A DNA stretch of 64,000 nt from an uncultured Verrucomicrobiae bacterium (GTDB lineage: Bacteria > Verrucomicrobiota > Verrucomicrobiia > Limisphaerales > Palsa-1400). Below are positions 32,674 to 42,753 of the stretch, piece by piece (the first letter of the stretch is position 1; each line of letters starts with the position of its first letter). The notes below the pieces were generated by a model, which was given only the letters and a program-made list of their open reading frames with translations, searched no databases and was not told the DNA's origin. The stretch is taken from assembly GCA_963764165.1 (NCBI GenBank), contig CAVXRD010000002.1, positions 64,001-128,000 of the forward strand, read 5' to 3'. The position numbers and the translations under genes were made by a program.

Positions 32674-35357
32674 AAGGACCAATGAGTGAATCGGACGGGG
32701 CTATAAAAGCCGTCCCGTTGCGAGCACTCGGCCTGGAAATCATCGAGAGCATTGATCTGCCCGTGCTGGTCATCGGGTGCGATTCCAAAATCTCCGGTTT
32801 TAATCAGGCCGCTGCCACACTGTTCTCGCTTCGTCCATCGGATGTCGGACGATTGGCCCGCGAAATCCGCATTTTGTCGAGCATTAAGAGATTTGAGGAC
32901 CTGTGCGCGGATGTGATCGGGGGCGGGCCAGCGTCCCAAGGCGAAGTGCGCGATACGAATGGATGCTGGTTCGTTCTCAGAATCGCAGCTTATCGGGGAA
33001 GCGATCAACAAATTAACGGCGCAGTCCTCACGCTCACCAACGTGACTGCCGTGCGTGAGAGCCTGGAACAAGCAGTGCATGACCGCGAGTACACGAAAGC
33101 GATCCTCAATACAGTCATTGATCCATTAGTGGTCCTTGATGAAGATTTACAGATTCAGACGGCAAATCAGGCGTTTTATACAATGTTACAGGTATCCCGC
33201 GAAGAGACACGCGGCGGCCGGCTTCCTGAGTTGGGAAGCACGGATTGGGTCATTGCGTTAGAGACGTTGCTGAAAAATAGCCGCTCCACGGATCTACCTG
33301 CTACCGCCATAGAAGTGGAGCATGAGTTCCCAACAATCGGCCATCGGAAGGTTTTGCTCAACGCACGTCCCATTTCAGGAAAGGGCAATTTCAAGCCCTT
33401 GATTCTTCTTTCGATCCACGACATCACGGAGCGCAAACGAGCGGAAGAAAGGTTGCGTGAGAACGAGCATCGCTTCCGCCAGATGATTGAGGCTCTTCCT
33501 GCGGCTGTATATACGACCGACGCTGAGGGCCGGCTTACTCATTTCAATCAAGCCGCTGTGGAGTTCTCCGGGCGCGTGCCGGACCTTAGCACGGACAAAT
33601 GGTGCGTAAGTTGGAAGCTCTATCGGCCTGACGGCACTCCCCTGCCTCACGACGAGTGCCCGATGGCCATTGCCCTGAAGGATGGCGCCACGATTAGCGG
33701 CGTGGAAGTCATTGCTGAGCGCCCTGATGGAACACGCGTCTGGTTTACGCCTTACCCGACGCCATTTCGCGACGGTGACGGGAGAATCGTGGGAGGCATC
33801 AATATGCTGGTGGACATCACTGAGCGTAAAAAGGCTGAGGAAGTGACCGCGCGACTTGCCGCAATCGTCGAGTATTCGGACGACGCAATCATTAGCAAAG
33901 ATCTCAATGGCGTTATTGCTACTTGGAATGAAAGTGCGGAGAGGCTCTTCGGTTACACAGCGCAAGAAGCCATCGGCCAACCCGTAACTATGCTCATTCC
34001 CTCAGAGCGCCTTGATGAGGAGCCTGGCATTCTTGAACGCATTCGAAAAGGGGAGTCTATTGAACATTATGAAACCATTCGGCGTCGAAAAGACGGAAAG
34101 CTTCTCGACATTTCGCTTTCGGTATCACCCATTGCGGACAGAGCAGGTCGCGTCGTAGGCGCGTCGAATATTTCCCGCGACATCACCGCGCGCAAACAAA
34201 TAGACCAAGCGTTGCGGGCATCTGAAGAGCGTTATCGCAACCTTTTTCGGTCAATTGATGAAGGGTTTTGCATAGTTGAAGTGGTTTTTGACGAGAACAA
34301 GAAACCGGTTGATTACATTTTTTTGGAAATCAATCCGGCTTTCGAGCGACAAACCGGAATCCAGAACGCCCACGGCCGAAGCATGAGGGAAATTGCGCCG
34401 CAGCACGAAGAACATTGGTTTCAACTGTATGGACAGATTGTTCTGACAGGCGAATCAAAACGGTTTGAATATCCGGCCGTCCAATTACAGCGCTGGTACG
34501 AAGGCTATGCTTACCGTATTGGCGAGGCTAACGTCAAAAAAGTTGGCATCATTTTCAACGATATTACGGAGCGCAAAAAAGCACAGGAAGTTTTGGAGCG
34601 CACCGTCACCGAGCGAACCGCCAAATTGCGCGCGACAGTCGAAGAGCTTGAGAGTTATTCCTACAGTATCGCCCACGACATGCGTGCGCCGCTTCGGGCG
34701 ATGCAAGGTTTCTCCGACATTCTGATCAAGGAATATGCTGCGAAAATCGATACTGACGGCCAGCGTTACTTGCGCCGAATTGCTCTGTCCGCAGACCGCA
34801 TGGATCACCTCATTGAGGATGTGCTTAACTACAGCAAAGTCGTCCGTGCGGAGTTGCCTTTGGAGTCGATAGCCATTGATACACTTTTACAAGGGATGCT
34901 GGAAACTTATCCTGTGTTCTTCCCGGATGAGGCCGATATCCAGGTGCAAACCCCCATGCCGAGAGTTGTCGGTAATGAGGCCGCTCTTACTCAGGTATTT
35001 TCAAATCTGCTCGGCAACGCGATCAAGTTCGTTACGCCCGGCCTCAAACCCATGATCCGCGTCTGGGCGGAGGAAGTTAATGTATCTTGTGCGTCCACTT
35101 CCTCGCACGATGGAATGAGTGGGAACGGTGAAGGCCGAGGCATTCGTTTTCTCGTGCAAGACAATGGTATCGGTATAGCCCCGGATCAGCACGAAAAGAT
35201 ATTCGAAATATTTCAACGGATCAACAAAAATACTCCCGGCACGGGCATCGGCCTAGCCATTGTCAAAAAAGCCGCGGAACGCATGGGGGGACGCGTAGGC
35301 GTGCAATCTTTTCCTGGCAAGGGAAGCACGTTCTGGCTAGAACTTCGAACGCCATAA
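32670..35357 (+). CDS. Multi-PAS cytoplasmic sensor histidine kinase
   Basis: About five PAS/PAC units (DITERK), H-box SIAHDMRAPL, NLLGNAIKF, DNGIG, GTGIGL. Confidence 0.93.
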   Translation: MKGPMSESDGAIKAVPLRALGLEIIESIDLPVLVIGCDSKISGFNQAAATLFSLRPSDVGRLAREIRILSSIKRFEDLCADVIGGGPASQGEVRDTNGCWFVLRIAAYRGSDQQINGAVLTLTNVTAVRESLEQAVHDREYTKAILNTVIDPLVVLDEDLQIQTANQAFYTMLQVSREETRGGRLPELGSTDWVIALETLLKNSRSTDLPATAIEVEHEFPTIGHRKVLLNARPISGKGNFKPLILLSIHDITERKRAEERLRENEHRFRQMIEALPAAVYTTDAEGRLTHFNQAAVEFSGRVPDLSTDKWCVSWKLYRPDGTPLPHDECPMAIALKDGATISGVEVIAERPDGTRVWFTPYPTPFRDGDGRIVGGINMLVDITERKKAEEVTARLAAIVEYSDDAIISKDLNGVIATWNESAERLFGYTAQEAIGQPVTMLIPSERLDEEPGILERIRKGESIEHYETIRRRKDGKLLDISLSVSPIADRAGRVVGASNISRDITARKQIDQALRASEERYRNLFRSIDEGFCIVEVVFDENKKPVDYIFLEINPAFERQTGIQNAHGRSMREIAPQHEEHWFQLYGQIVLTGESKRFEYPAVQLQRWYEGYAYRIGEANVKKVGIIFNDITERKKAQEVLERTVTERTAKLRATVEELESYSYSIAHDMRAPLRAMQGFSDILIKEYAAKIDTDGQRYLRRIALSADRMDHLIEDVLNYSKVVRAELPLESIAIDTLLQGMLETYPVFFPDEADIQVQTPMPRVVGNEAALTQVFSNLLGNAIKFVTPGLKPMIRVWAEEVNVSCASTSSHDGMSGNGEGRGIRFLVQDNGIGIAPDQHEKIFEIFQRINKNTPGTGIGLAIVKKAAERMGGRVGVQSFPGKGSTFWLELRTP

Positions 35358-35362
35358 GACCT

Positions 35363-35812
35363 ATGCAACTCAAACCGATTCTTTACGCAGAGGACGAAGA
35401 GGATGATGCCTTTTTTATGCAACGGGCCTTTCAGCAGGCTGACATTCCAAATCGGCTCATCATCGTTCCGGACGGTCAGAGCGCCATTGATTATCTTTCC
35501 GGGACTGGCCATGAAGCAGAAGGCAAGGAACGTGTGCTCCCTTGCCTCGTGCTGCTCGACTTGAACCTCCCTATCAAATCCGGCCTCGAAGTCTTGAAAT
35601 GGATTCGCACATGTCCCTCGGTTTCCGCAGTTCCCGTAATATGTGTGACTTCCTCAACCCAGGACTCGGACATTCATCGTGCATACATCATGGGGGCCAA
35701 TAGTTATCTCGTGAAGACGGCCAAGTCCGACAAACTGCTCGTCATGGTCAAAGCCATCAAGGACTACTGGCTGAATCAGGACCGCGCTGTGCAGGGTGGA
35801 ATGAATGACTAA
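35363..35812 (+). CDS. Single-domain response regulator
   Basis: ILYAEDE, VLLDLNLP, GANSYLVK. Confidence 0.9.
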   Translation: MQLKPILYAEDEEDDAFFMQRAFQQADIPNRLIIVPDGQSAIDYLSGTGHEAEGKERVLPCLVLLDLNLPIKSGLEVLKWIRTCPSVSAVPVICVTSSTQDSDIHRAYIMGANSYLVKTAKSDKLLVMVKAIKDYWLNQDRAVQGGMND

Positions 35813-35912
35813 ACAAAGCGGACTCCTTCCTCAGCTCCCAGTCCCTTTCCGCGAATAATTCCGTACGGCGAACTCGTCGGGCGCGCGCTGCTTGGAACGG
35901 AAGGGCGTTGAT

Positions 35913-35935
35913 GTTGTTCAGGCTTCTGAACAATC
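35913..35935. promoter_or_regulatory. Palindromic box 4, identical 23-mer to box 3, upstream of the relaxase
   Basis: Core 35915-35932 lies 21 bp from TGnCACAAT; GTG start follows 6 nt after the hexamer. Confidence 0.75.
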
Positions 35936-35965
35936 TTGCTCGGTAATTTGTGGCACAATTCGTGT

Positions 35966-38761
35966 GTGCTTGCATGGAAGACACAAACGAACTTGGTGAA
36001 CGCCGAGACCTATTTTGACGAGCATTTGCGCATCGGCGAATACTACAACCAGGATGATCGAACGCTAGGTCGGTGGCAGGGATTCGGAGCGGAAAGGCTC
36101 GGTTTGCGGAATGCCGTTCAGCGGGACGATTTCCTGCAACTCTGCCAAAACCTGAATCCGGTCACCGGCGAACGGCTGACTCAGCGCCATAAAACTACTC
36201 GCCTTGAGTCCGGCCATGAAGTCGCTAATCGGCGCATTTTCTACGATTTCACGTTTTCGCCGCCCAAGTCGGTTTCGCTCCTGGCTCTCGTGGCGCAAGA
36301 CCAGCGATTGATTGAAGCCCATGAGCGGGCCGTCGTCTCGGCCTTGGCGGAACTGGAACAATTCGCCGCCACTCGTGTTCACGAGGCCGGCCAAATCAGT
36401 GACCGTTTAACGGGCAACATTATCGCCGCCACGTTCCGCCACGACACATCACGCGCCCTGGACCCGCATTTGCACACCCACTGCATTCTGTTCAACGCCA
36501 CGTATGATGACGTGGAAGGCCGTTGGAAGGCGATGGACAACTTTGAAATGCTCCAGGCCAAGAAATTCGTGGAGAATGTATATTATCATGAACTCGTCAA
36601 GGCCATGAAAACATGCGGTTACGAAATTCAGAATCATGCGCGAGGAGATTTCCAAGTGGAAGGTGTGGCCTCTGAGTTGTGCCAGCGGTTCTCCAAGCGG
36701 CATCAGGAAATTGACTCGCGCGAGGGGGAATTGCTGGCGCAAAAGCCAAGCCTGGCAAATGGCAACGTCATGGACATGCGCGAGAATATCGCGCACAAGG
36801 AACGACCGCGAAAGGTTAAAGACGTCACACCGTCCGCGTTGCAAAGCCGGTGGGACGGGGAACTGTCACAAACAGAAAAATCAAGTCTTTGCGGACTGGT
36901 TCAAGCCAGGGCAAATGAGGCAAGAGGACCCGTGCCTGACGCGGCGGACCGAGCGTTAAGCTGGGCGGAAGATCACCTGTTCAACCGTCATTCGGTTGTT
37001 CGTGAACATGAACTCTGGCGTCACGCGTTGGAACATGCGCGGGGTGAGGATTGGACGGTGGCGGAACTCAAAGGTGAGAGTCAGCGGCGAAACTACGTCT
37101 CCAACGAAAAGATGCACGGCAAGGTCACAACCCGCGAAATGCTCCTGCGAGAATATCAGATTGTCTCGCTGGCGCATGACGGAATTTCACGGTTCTGGCC
37201 ACTGGCTCCTGGTTTCATTCCGAAAGGACTGGCGGACGATCAGAAAAGGGCAGTCGAACGAATCCTAAACTCCCGAAACTTCATCACCCTGTTTCGGGGT
37301 GGCGCTGGCACAGGAAAGAGTTTTGCTCTGCAAGCGGTCAATCAGGGACTGACCGAAGCCGGCCATGCCGTGCTGGTCGTGACTCCGCAACGCCAGCAAG
37401 CGATTGATCTGGCCGCAGCGGGATTTCAGGAAACGCAAACGGTCAGTGAACTTTTGGCAAGGCAGCGAATGCCACGCGGCGGGGTCGTGCTGGTGGATGA
37501 AGCCGGTCAAATCGGCGCACAGCAAATGCTCGAACTCCTGAAACTGGTTCAAGCGAATGGCGGTCGGGTCATCCTCTCTGGCGACACCCGGCAGCATGGC
37601 GCGGTCGAGGCGTCGGACGCCTTGCGGGCGATTGAAAAGTATTCGGGCATAGTTCCGGCAGAATTGACGGAAATCCGCCGCCAGAATCCTGCCTTGGGCA
37701 AGACTGTCGGCGAAAAATCGTGGATCAAGGAGTATCGAGCAGCGGTGGCCGAAGCTCAGGCGGGAGACCTGGCCGCTTCATTTGACCGCCTCGACCGCTT
37801 GGGTGTTGTCATCGAATGCAACGATCAAACTCCGCGATTGGTTGCTCATTTCTTGGAACTAGCGGCACAAAAGCAGTCAAGCGTTGTCGTGTCACAAACA
37901 TGGGATGAGATTCATCGGCTCAATGAGAGCATTCGGAAAGGGTTGCAAGCGCGGGGATTGATTGACAAAGAGGAGGTGGTAGTCACGGCCTGCGAGCGCC
38001 GTGATCTCACGCCAGCTCAGAAGCGCGACAAGCGATTTTATAACGATGATTCAATTCTTGTCTTTCAACGGAGGACCGGCGGCATTGCCCGGGGGGAAAT
38101 GGGCAAGTTGTGGGACATCACTGACACCCATTTGCTGGTCGAAGCCGGTGGGCACATTCGTTCCGTCTCTTTCAATCAGTTGGAACACTTTCACGTCTGT
38201 CGGCCCAAACAACTGAAACTCGCCTCCGGCGACAGATTGCAACTCAAGAGCAACGGTGAGACTGGAACAGGCCGCAAACTCGCCAACGGCGAACTGGTCA
38301 CAGTTAAGTCAGTTTTATCGGATGGCCGCATCCGTCTGGCCGATGGCCGCATCTTGGAAAAGCACTACCGCGAATTTGTGCGGGGTTACGCCGTCACGTC
38401 CTATGCCTCCCAAGGCAAAACTGTGGACTACGTGCTGTTCTCGGATTCCGCCGTCAAAGCAGCCACGAACGATCAACAGTGGTACGTCACGACTTCGCGG
38501 GGCCGGAAAGGCATACGGATTTTTACCTTCGACAGACTTCAACTGCGGGAGAGCGTTGTCCGCTCTGGTCGCCGCACGCTGGCTTTGGAACTGGCGTGTG
38601 AACCGGAACGGATCGAAGAACTGAACGCGCGCCGCCGGGTAATGATGGTGGTCCGCCAGCGCGTACGACAGTTCATCTCCCAGCGCCGTTCGCCCGTCGC
38701 CCATAAACCTGAAATGAAAAATTATGAAAACCAGAGGCGTGGAACCCAAATCCGAATCTAA
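35966..38761 (+). CDS. MOBF (TrwC/TraI-type) relaxase-helicase
   Basis: YF...GEYY catalytic Tyr region, DFTFSPPKSVS, HDTSRALDPHLHTH, helicase GGAGTGKS/VDEAG/SQGKTVD; likely GTG start 35966. Confidence 0.95.
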   Translation: MLAWKTQTNLVNAETYFDEHLRIGEYYNQDDRTLGRWQGFGAERLGLRNAVQRDDFLQLCQNLNPVTGERLTQRHKTTRLESGHEVANRRIFYDFTFSPPKSVSLLALVAQDQRLIEAHERAVVSALAELEQFAATRVHEAGQISDRLTGNIIAATFRHDTSRALDPHLHTHCILFNATYDDVEGRWKAMDNFEMLQAKKFVENVYYHELVKAMKTCGYEIQNHARGDFQVEGVASELCQRFSKRHQEIDSREGELLAQKPSLANGNVMDMRENIAHKERPRKVKDVTPSALQSRWDGELSQTEKSSLCGLVQARANEARGPVPDAADRALSWAEDHLFNRHSVVREHELWRHALEHARGEDWTVAELKGESQRRNYVSNEKMHGKVTTREMLLREYQIVSLAHDGISRFWPLAPGFIPKGLADDQKRAVERILNSRNFITLFRGGAGTGKSFALQAVNQGLTEAGHAVLVVTPQRQQAIDLAAAGFQETQTVSELLARQRMPRGGVVLVDEAGQIGAQQMLELLKLVQANGGRVILSGDTRQHGAVEASDALRAIEKYSGIVPAELTEIRRQNPALGKTVGEKSWIKEYRAAVAEAQAGDLAASFDRLDRLGVVIECNDQTPRLVAHFLELAAQKQSSVVVSQTWDEIHRLNESIRKGLQARGLIDKEEVVVTACERRDLTPAQKRDKRFYNDDSILVFQRRTGGIARGEMGKLWDITDTHLLVEAGGHIRSVSFNQLEHFHVCRPKQLKLASGDRLQLKSNGETGTGRKLANGELVTVKSVLSDGRIRLADGRILEKHYREFVRGYAVTSYASQGKTVDYVLFSDSAVKAATNDQQWYVTTSRGRKGIRIFTFDRLQLRESVVRSGRRTLALELACEPERIEELNARRRVMMVVRQRVRQFISQRRSPVAHKPEMKNYENQRRGTQIRI

Positions 38762-39101
38762 CGAAGTCCAGTGTTGGGGTGAGAATCCAAACGCTCAAAT
38801 GTTGCGCGTCGAATTGCGCGACGGAAGCGTCAATCTTTACCAGTATGCCTGGCTGGAACGGGTGCAATTCTTACCGGCAGAAGAAGCCGACAGCCTGACG
38901 CTGTTCTTCAACCGCCAATGCGTCCGCATCACTGGAAAAAAGCTCCGAGAATTGGTCTCGGCGTTCCAACGCATGGCCGTCGAATGGGTGAAAGAGCAGT
39001 CGGAACATTTCGATTCCGTCGGAACCTCTGACGGAGCTTGGGTGGAAAGCATTCAGATCGTAGAAAAGACACCAGCGTTGAAGGCCGATGGAAAAGACTA
39101 A
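38724..39101 (+). CDS. Hypothetical protein coupled to the relaxase
   Basis: 125-aa ORF overlapping the relaxase 3' end. Confidence 0.7.
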   Translation: MKTRGVEPKSESNEVQCWGENPNAQMLRVELRDGSVNLYQYAWLERVQFLPAEEADSLTLFFNRQCVRITGKKLRELVSAFQRMAVEWVKEQSEHFDSVGTSDGAWVESIQIVEKTPALKADGKD

Positions 39102-39156
39102 AATAGCCGTTCCCTGTTTGAAACGGGTTTGTCCATGACGAAGGCGGCTGAGGAGT

Positions 39157-40665
39157 TTACGCCGTTTTTGCAAGGAGCTGCGGCGCGGCGTGGACGTGAC
39201 GCTCGGCGCTAATTTTCGCGCGAAGCGTTGTCATGGTAGCTTCAGGAACGAGTGCCACAAATTCCTCGATCAAAACCTGACGATCCTCGATCTCATGCGG
39301 AAAAACTTCGCGGCCCATTGCCTCTTTTGCAATTTTCAAAAAACGCTCGGCAGGAAGGAGCCAGACTGGCTCGTTGAGTTGCCCCCAAAACACCTCAATC
39401 GGATTCTGGGATGCCCACCACGCATATCCGTATTTCGACTTCACCTGCCCGACGGTTTTCTTCTCCGCATTATTCGTTTCAACCGCGTGGCTGGCTTGAA
39501 CCGTTGTTTCCGCCACTGGAAGCGACAGGACATTCGACGCTGTTTCGGTGAAAACGACCTTCTGCGCCATCGTCGTTGAGTGCTGATCGCGCAAGTGTCC
39601 GTAAGTTTTCATTGCGAGCGCGCCGCCGTCCTTGTGACCGAGCCAGCGGGAGACTGTGGGTATGTCAACCCCGGATTCAATGCAGCGCGTGGCAAACAGA
39701 TGCCGCAAGTCGTGGTGCGTGAAACGGGTGATCCCCAATTTCTTGCAGGCCGAGTCAATTGCTTTCTGGCACTCGCGCACACCCATCACCGGCTGTTTCG
39801 CCCATTCCGCTTCACCGCGTTCGGCTCGGATGCGGTCAAGCAAACGACGCATATCGGAGATCATCGGAATGTTGCGAACTTCCCAGTTCTTCGTTCCGGT
39901 TTCGGGGTCGCCTTTGATCGAAATTCTTCCGTTGACCAAATCGCAGTCAGAGCCAAATACGCGGGCGGCTTCGCTTTTACGTGCGCCACTGTATGCAAAA
40001 AACTCAATTAAATCACCGCAAGGTTTGCTGAACCCACTGCCGGCATTTCTCACGGACGCAACGAGCGCAAGGAATTGATCGTGTTCGGGGAGCTTTAGAA
40101 TTTTTTGTCGCACCTTGACCTTCTTAATTTGATCAGCCGGATTGCCATAGCGAGCGCCAGAATCAATCGTAATTTTGATAATCTGTCGCAAAGTGCCCAC
40201 CGTGTTATTGAAAAACGAGGGACAATGCTTCTCGGCAAAACTGGAGGCCCAATGCAGGCAGTCGTTCGTTGAAATTTTCCTGGCATCCAAATTTTTCAAA
40301 TCGGGCCAGCTTTTGAGAAGGGCTTCGATTGTGTTTTTTCGATAGAGTTTAGCGCCCGGTTTCAGGTGTTGGGCTTCTTCAACGCGTTGCTGGTAAATAG
40401 CGACTGCATCGTCGAAAGTCATTTTCCCGCGCGCCGCCGCCTGATCTACCTCCACCCGGTGATTCTCCTGCTTGAGAAAATCTCCCAGGCGTAATTTTGC
40501 CACAGCAAGACGATCTGTCTTAAGTGATTTCCAAATCAGCTTGCCCTTAATGCGCGCTCTGGCGTAATATGTTCCTGACGCTGTACTGCGAACGAGATTG
40601 GCGATGGGCGTTTTTTGCCACTGCGGCTCTCGTTCGGATTCTGATTCTGTTTTGCTCTCGTTCAT
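39157..40665 (-). CDS. Tyrosine recombinase/integrase with C-terminal extension
   Basis: N-terminal arm-binding-like YYARARIKGK; SGARKSEA, HDLRH, WLGHKDGG, KTYGH; true start ATG 40665 (track ORF extends into the tRNA). Confidence 0.93.
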   Translation of the reverse strand: MNESKTESESEREPQWQKTPIANLVRSTASGTYYARARIKGKLIWKSLKTDRLAVAKLRLGDFLKQENHRVEVDQAAARGKMTFDDAVAIYQQRVEEAQHLKPGAKLYRKNTIEALLKSWPDLKNLDARKISTNDCLHWASSFAEKHCPSFFNNTVGTLRQIIKITIDSGARYGNPADQIKKVKVRQKILKLPEHDQFLALVASVRNAGSGFSKPCGDLIEFFAYSGARKSEAARVFGSDCDLVNGRISIKGDPETGTKNWEVRNIPMISDMRRLLDRIRAERGEAEWAKQPVMGVRECQKAIDSACKKLGITRFTHHDLRHLFATRCIESGVDIPTVSRWLGHKDGGALAMKTYGHLRDQHSTTMAQKVVFTETASNVLSLPVAETTVQASHAVETNNAEKKTVGQVKSKYGYAWWASQNPIEVFWGQLNEPVWLLPAERFLKIAKEAMGREVFPHEIEDRQVLIEEFVALVPEATMTTLRAKISAERHVHAAPQLLAKTA

Positions 40666-40671
40666 GCAAAC

Positions 40672-40700
40672 AGTATAGAATACCGGTATAGAAAAGTCAA
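40672..40700 (-). promoter_or_regulatory. Sigma70 promoter of the integrase (probably leaderless) overlapped by direct repeats
   Basis: TTGACT-17-TATACT, 6 nt before ATG; CAGTATAGAA (40671) and CGGTATAGAA (40684) repeats. Confidence 0.75.
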
Positions 40701-40716
40701 TTTTTAAACTTTGGTT

Positions 40717-40792
<76 letters not shown>

Positions 40793-41713
40793 AATTCCTT
40801 CCGGCAGATGAACAAAGGGGAGACTTCCTCTAAATTCCTCTAAAATTGCCCCGGTCGCCCCGCCAAACTCACTGAGGCGCAAGCCGGAAAAATTGATGGG
40901 ATCCGCTGATGGCGTTGGTGTAAGGGCTCGTGGCTGCTGGCAAATTGGTGTATGGCCCACCGACGTCGGAGGCCGCTTGCAAACCGAAATCCGCGCTTCC
41001 CCAAGTCAAAACGACGTTGCTGTCAGTCTTTTGAATCGCGAGCGGCGCGCCGAGCGAGACAAACGTAATGTCGGTGCTCCATCCACTGGCGCCAGTGCTC
41101 AGTTTGGTGACAACAAGGCGGTTGAAGTTTTGGTTTGGCGTCAAAACAAAAAGTTCCTCATTGATGTTCTCTGAAGTGCCAGAGACCAGCGTGCCCGCGC
41201 TCGCGTTCCATGTGGGCCATCGCGAATCCGGCGGCGAACCAACCGTCCCGGCGAAAGGCTGCCCTGCCCAGCCGGCGGTGCTCACCGGCATGTCAAATGT
41301 TTCATTGACGAAGGAAGCCTGAAACAAATATTGCTCCGGACCGTCGACATCCACCACCAGTATGCGATCCAACGGCGTCATGGGTATCGCAAAATCGAAC
41401 TGCACTGCGCCGCTTGCGTCCGACGTCATATCCAAATCCGCCAAATCACCGGCAGTTCCATCTCCAGTGCCGTTGCTGGCTGCTCCCACAAAATTTGCCA
41501 GGTAGGCGGGGTTGTTTGCGGATGACGAGCCTCCGAAGGTGTCGTAGGTCACTGCAACGGGGTCTGAGGTTTGGAGGACAACACTGAAATCATTCGTCGC
41601 CTTAAAATCGGAGATGAATACTCCGTTGGTGTTTAGCACGGTCGCGGCGTCCAGTCCGGCATCATTGATCCAGTGCGCAACAGCCAGGCTCCGCGCGCCT
41701 GCATGGTGGGCTA

Positions 41714-42536
41714 GGGCCTGTTAACACTAATTGACATTTTATAGGCGACAAGGCAAAATGGCTGGGTGGAGCTTACAGAGAGTCAATATCAGCGGGTTGC
41801 TGATTGTCTGCCGCGGCAGCGCGGCAACGTGAGCATGACCAATCTGCAACTTCTCAACGCCCTGCTCTATGTGGTGGAGCATGGGTGCAAATGGCGCGGC
41901 CTGCCAAAACATTTTGGCAACTGGCATACGATCTACACCCGCATGAACCGCTGGAGCAAAGCGGGCGTGCTGGATCGAGTCTTCGCCCGGCTCCAGCAGG
42001 AGCAAATCCTGGCGATCCGGATCGAGCAAGTCTGCTTGGACAGCACGACGATCAAGGTTCACCCCGACGGCACCGGGGCGCTAAAAAAAACGGCCCACAG
42101 GCCATCGGGCGCTCCCGAGGCGGTTGCACCACCAAAATTCATCTGGTTGCCGCGAATGCCCAGTGCGCCTTAATGCTCAAGCTTTCCCCCGGCCAGGCGG
42201 GGGACGCGCCGCAAGGACGCGAGCTTTTGCAGGCGGGCGGGCCGGTTCCGGCAGGGCTTCCACTCATCATGGACAGCGCCTATGAAGGGGACGAGACTCT
42301 GCAACAGGCGCGGGAATTGGGCTACGCTCCAGTGGTTCCTCCTAACCCCCGACGCTTAAATCCGTGGGAGTATGACCAAACCCTTTACCGACGCCGCAAT
42401 GAGATTGAACGGCTTTTTCGCCGACTCAAAAGCTACCGCCGAGTCTTCAGTCGCTTCGACAAATTGGATGCGTTGTACTCCGGATTCGTCGTCCTCGCGC
42501 TCATCGTGGAGGCGTTACGTTAGTGTTAACAGGCCC
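41714..42536 (+). mobile_element. IS5-family element (IS427-group-like), 823 bp
   Basis: Perfect 17-bp TIRs GGGCCTGTTAACACTAA/TTAGTGTTAACAGGCCC; TA target duplication at 41712-41713 and 42537-42538. Confidence 0.95.
41766..42523 (+). CDS. IS5 transposase, -1 frameshift at the A8 run 42083-42090
   Basis: orfA GCKWRGLP...LDST; orfB GRSRGG.TTKIH...DSAY...RNEIERLF. Confidence 0.9.
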
Positions 42537-42753
42537 TAACCCGACGACCGCAATCAACCCAACAAAGGACCCTCGAAGGGAAAACCCCATGTTCATTGGA
42601 CTCTTATACACTCCATAAAAATGGAGTCAACTCTTACGCACCACCTCACCGCCGGGATTATTGAGACGGCATCCATCCCGCCGATCTCCGGCTGACCGGG
42701 CGCCATTCTTCGGTTGGAGTTGACTTAGTTTTTGGATACTGCACTATGTTACT

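Larger units (their letters stand above)
1..40716. mobile_element. Integrative conjugative element (ICE), MOBF relaxase, VirB4-type T4SS; left end outside window
   Basis: Contains VirB4/VirB10/pilin operon, coupling protein, MOBF relaxase and tyrosine integrase; the integrase directly abuts tRNA-Lys. Confidence 0.9.
40869..42596 (-). pseudogene. Secreted protein with C-terminal FFRL domain, interrupted by IS5 in its signal peptide
   Basis: Removing the IS and one TA restores MNMGFSLRGSFVGLIAVVGL-AHHAGARSLAV... in frame with 40869..41639. Confidence 0.85.

Noticed and set aside
11922..35969. Second motif GCACA-Nx-TGTGC (11922, 31486, 31759, 35953)
   Set aside because: Spacer varies (7, 8, 8 and 10 nt) and the arms are short, so it cannot be distinguished from chance without statistics
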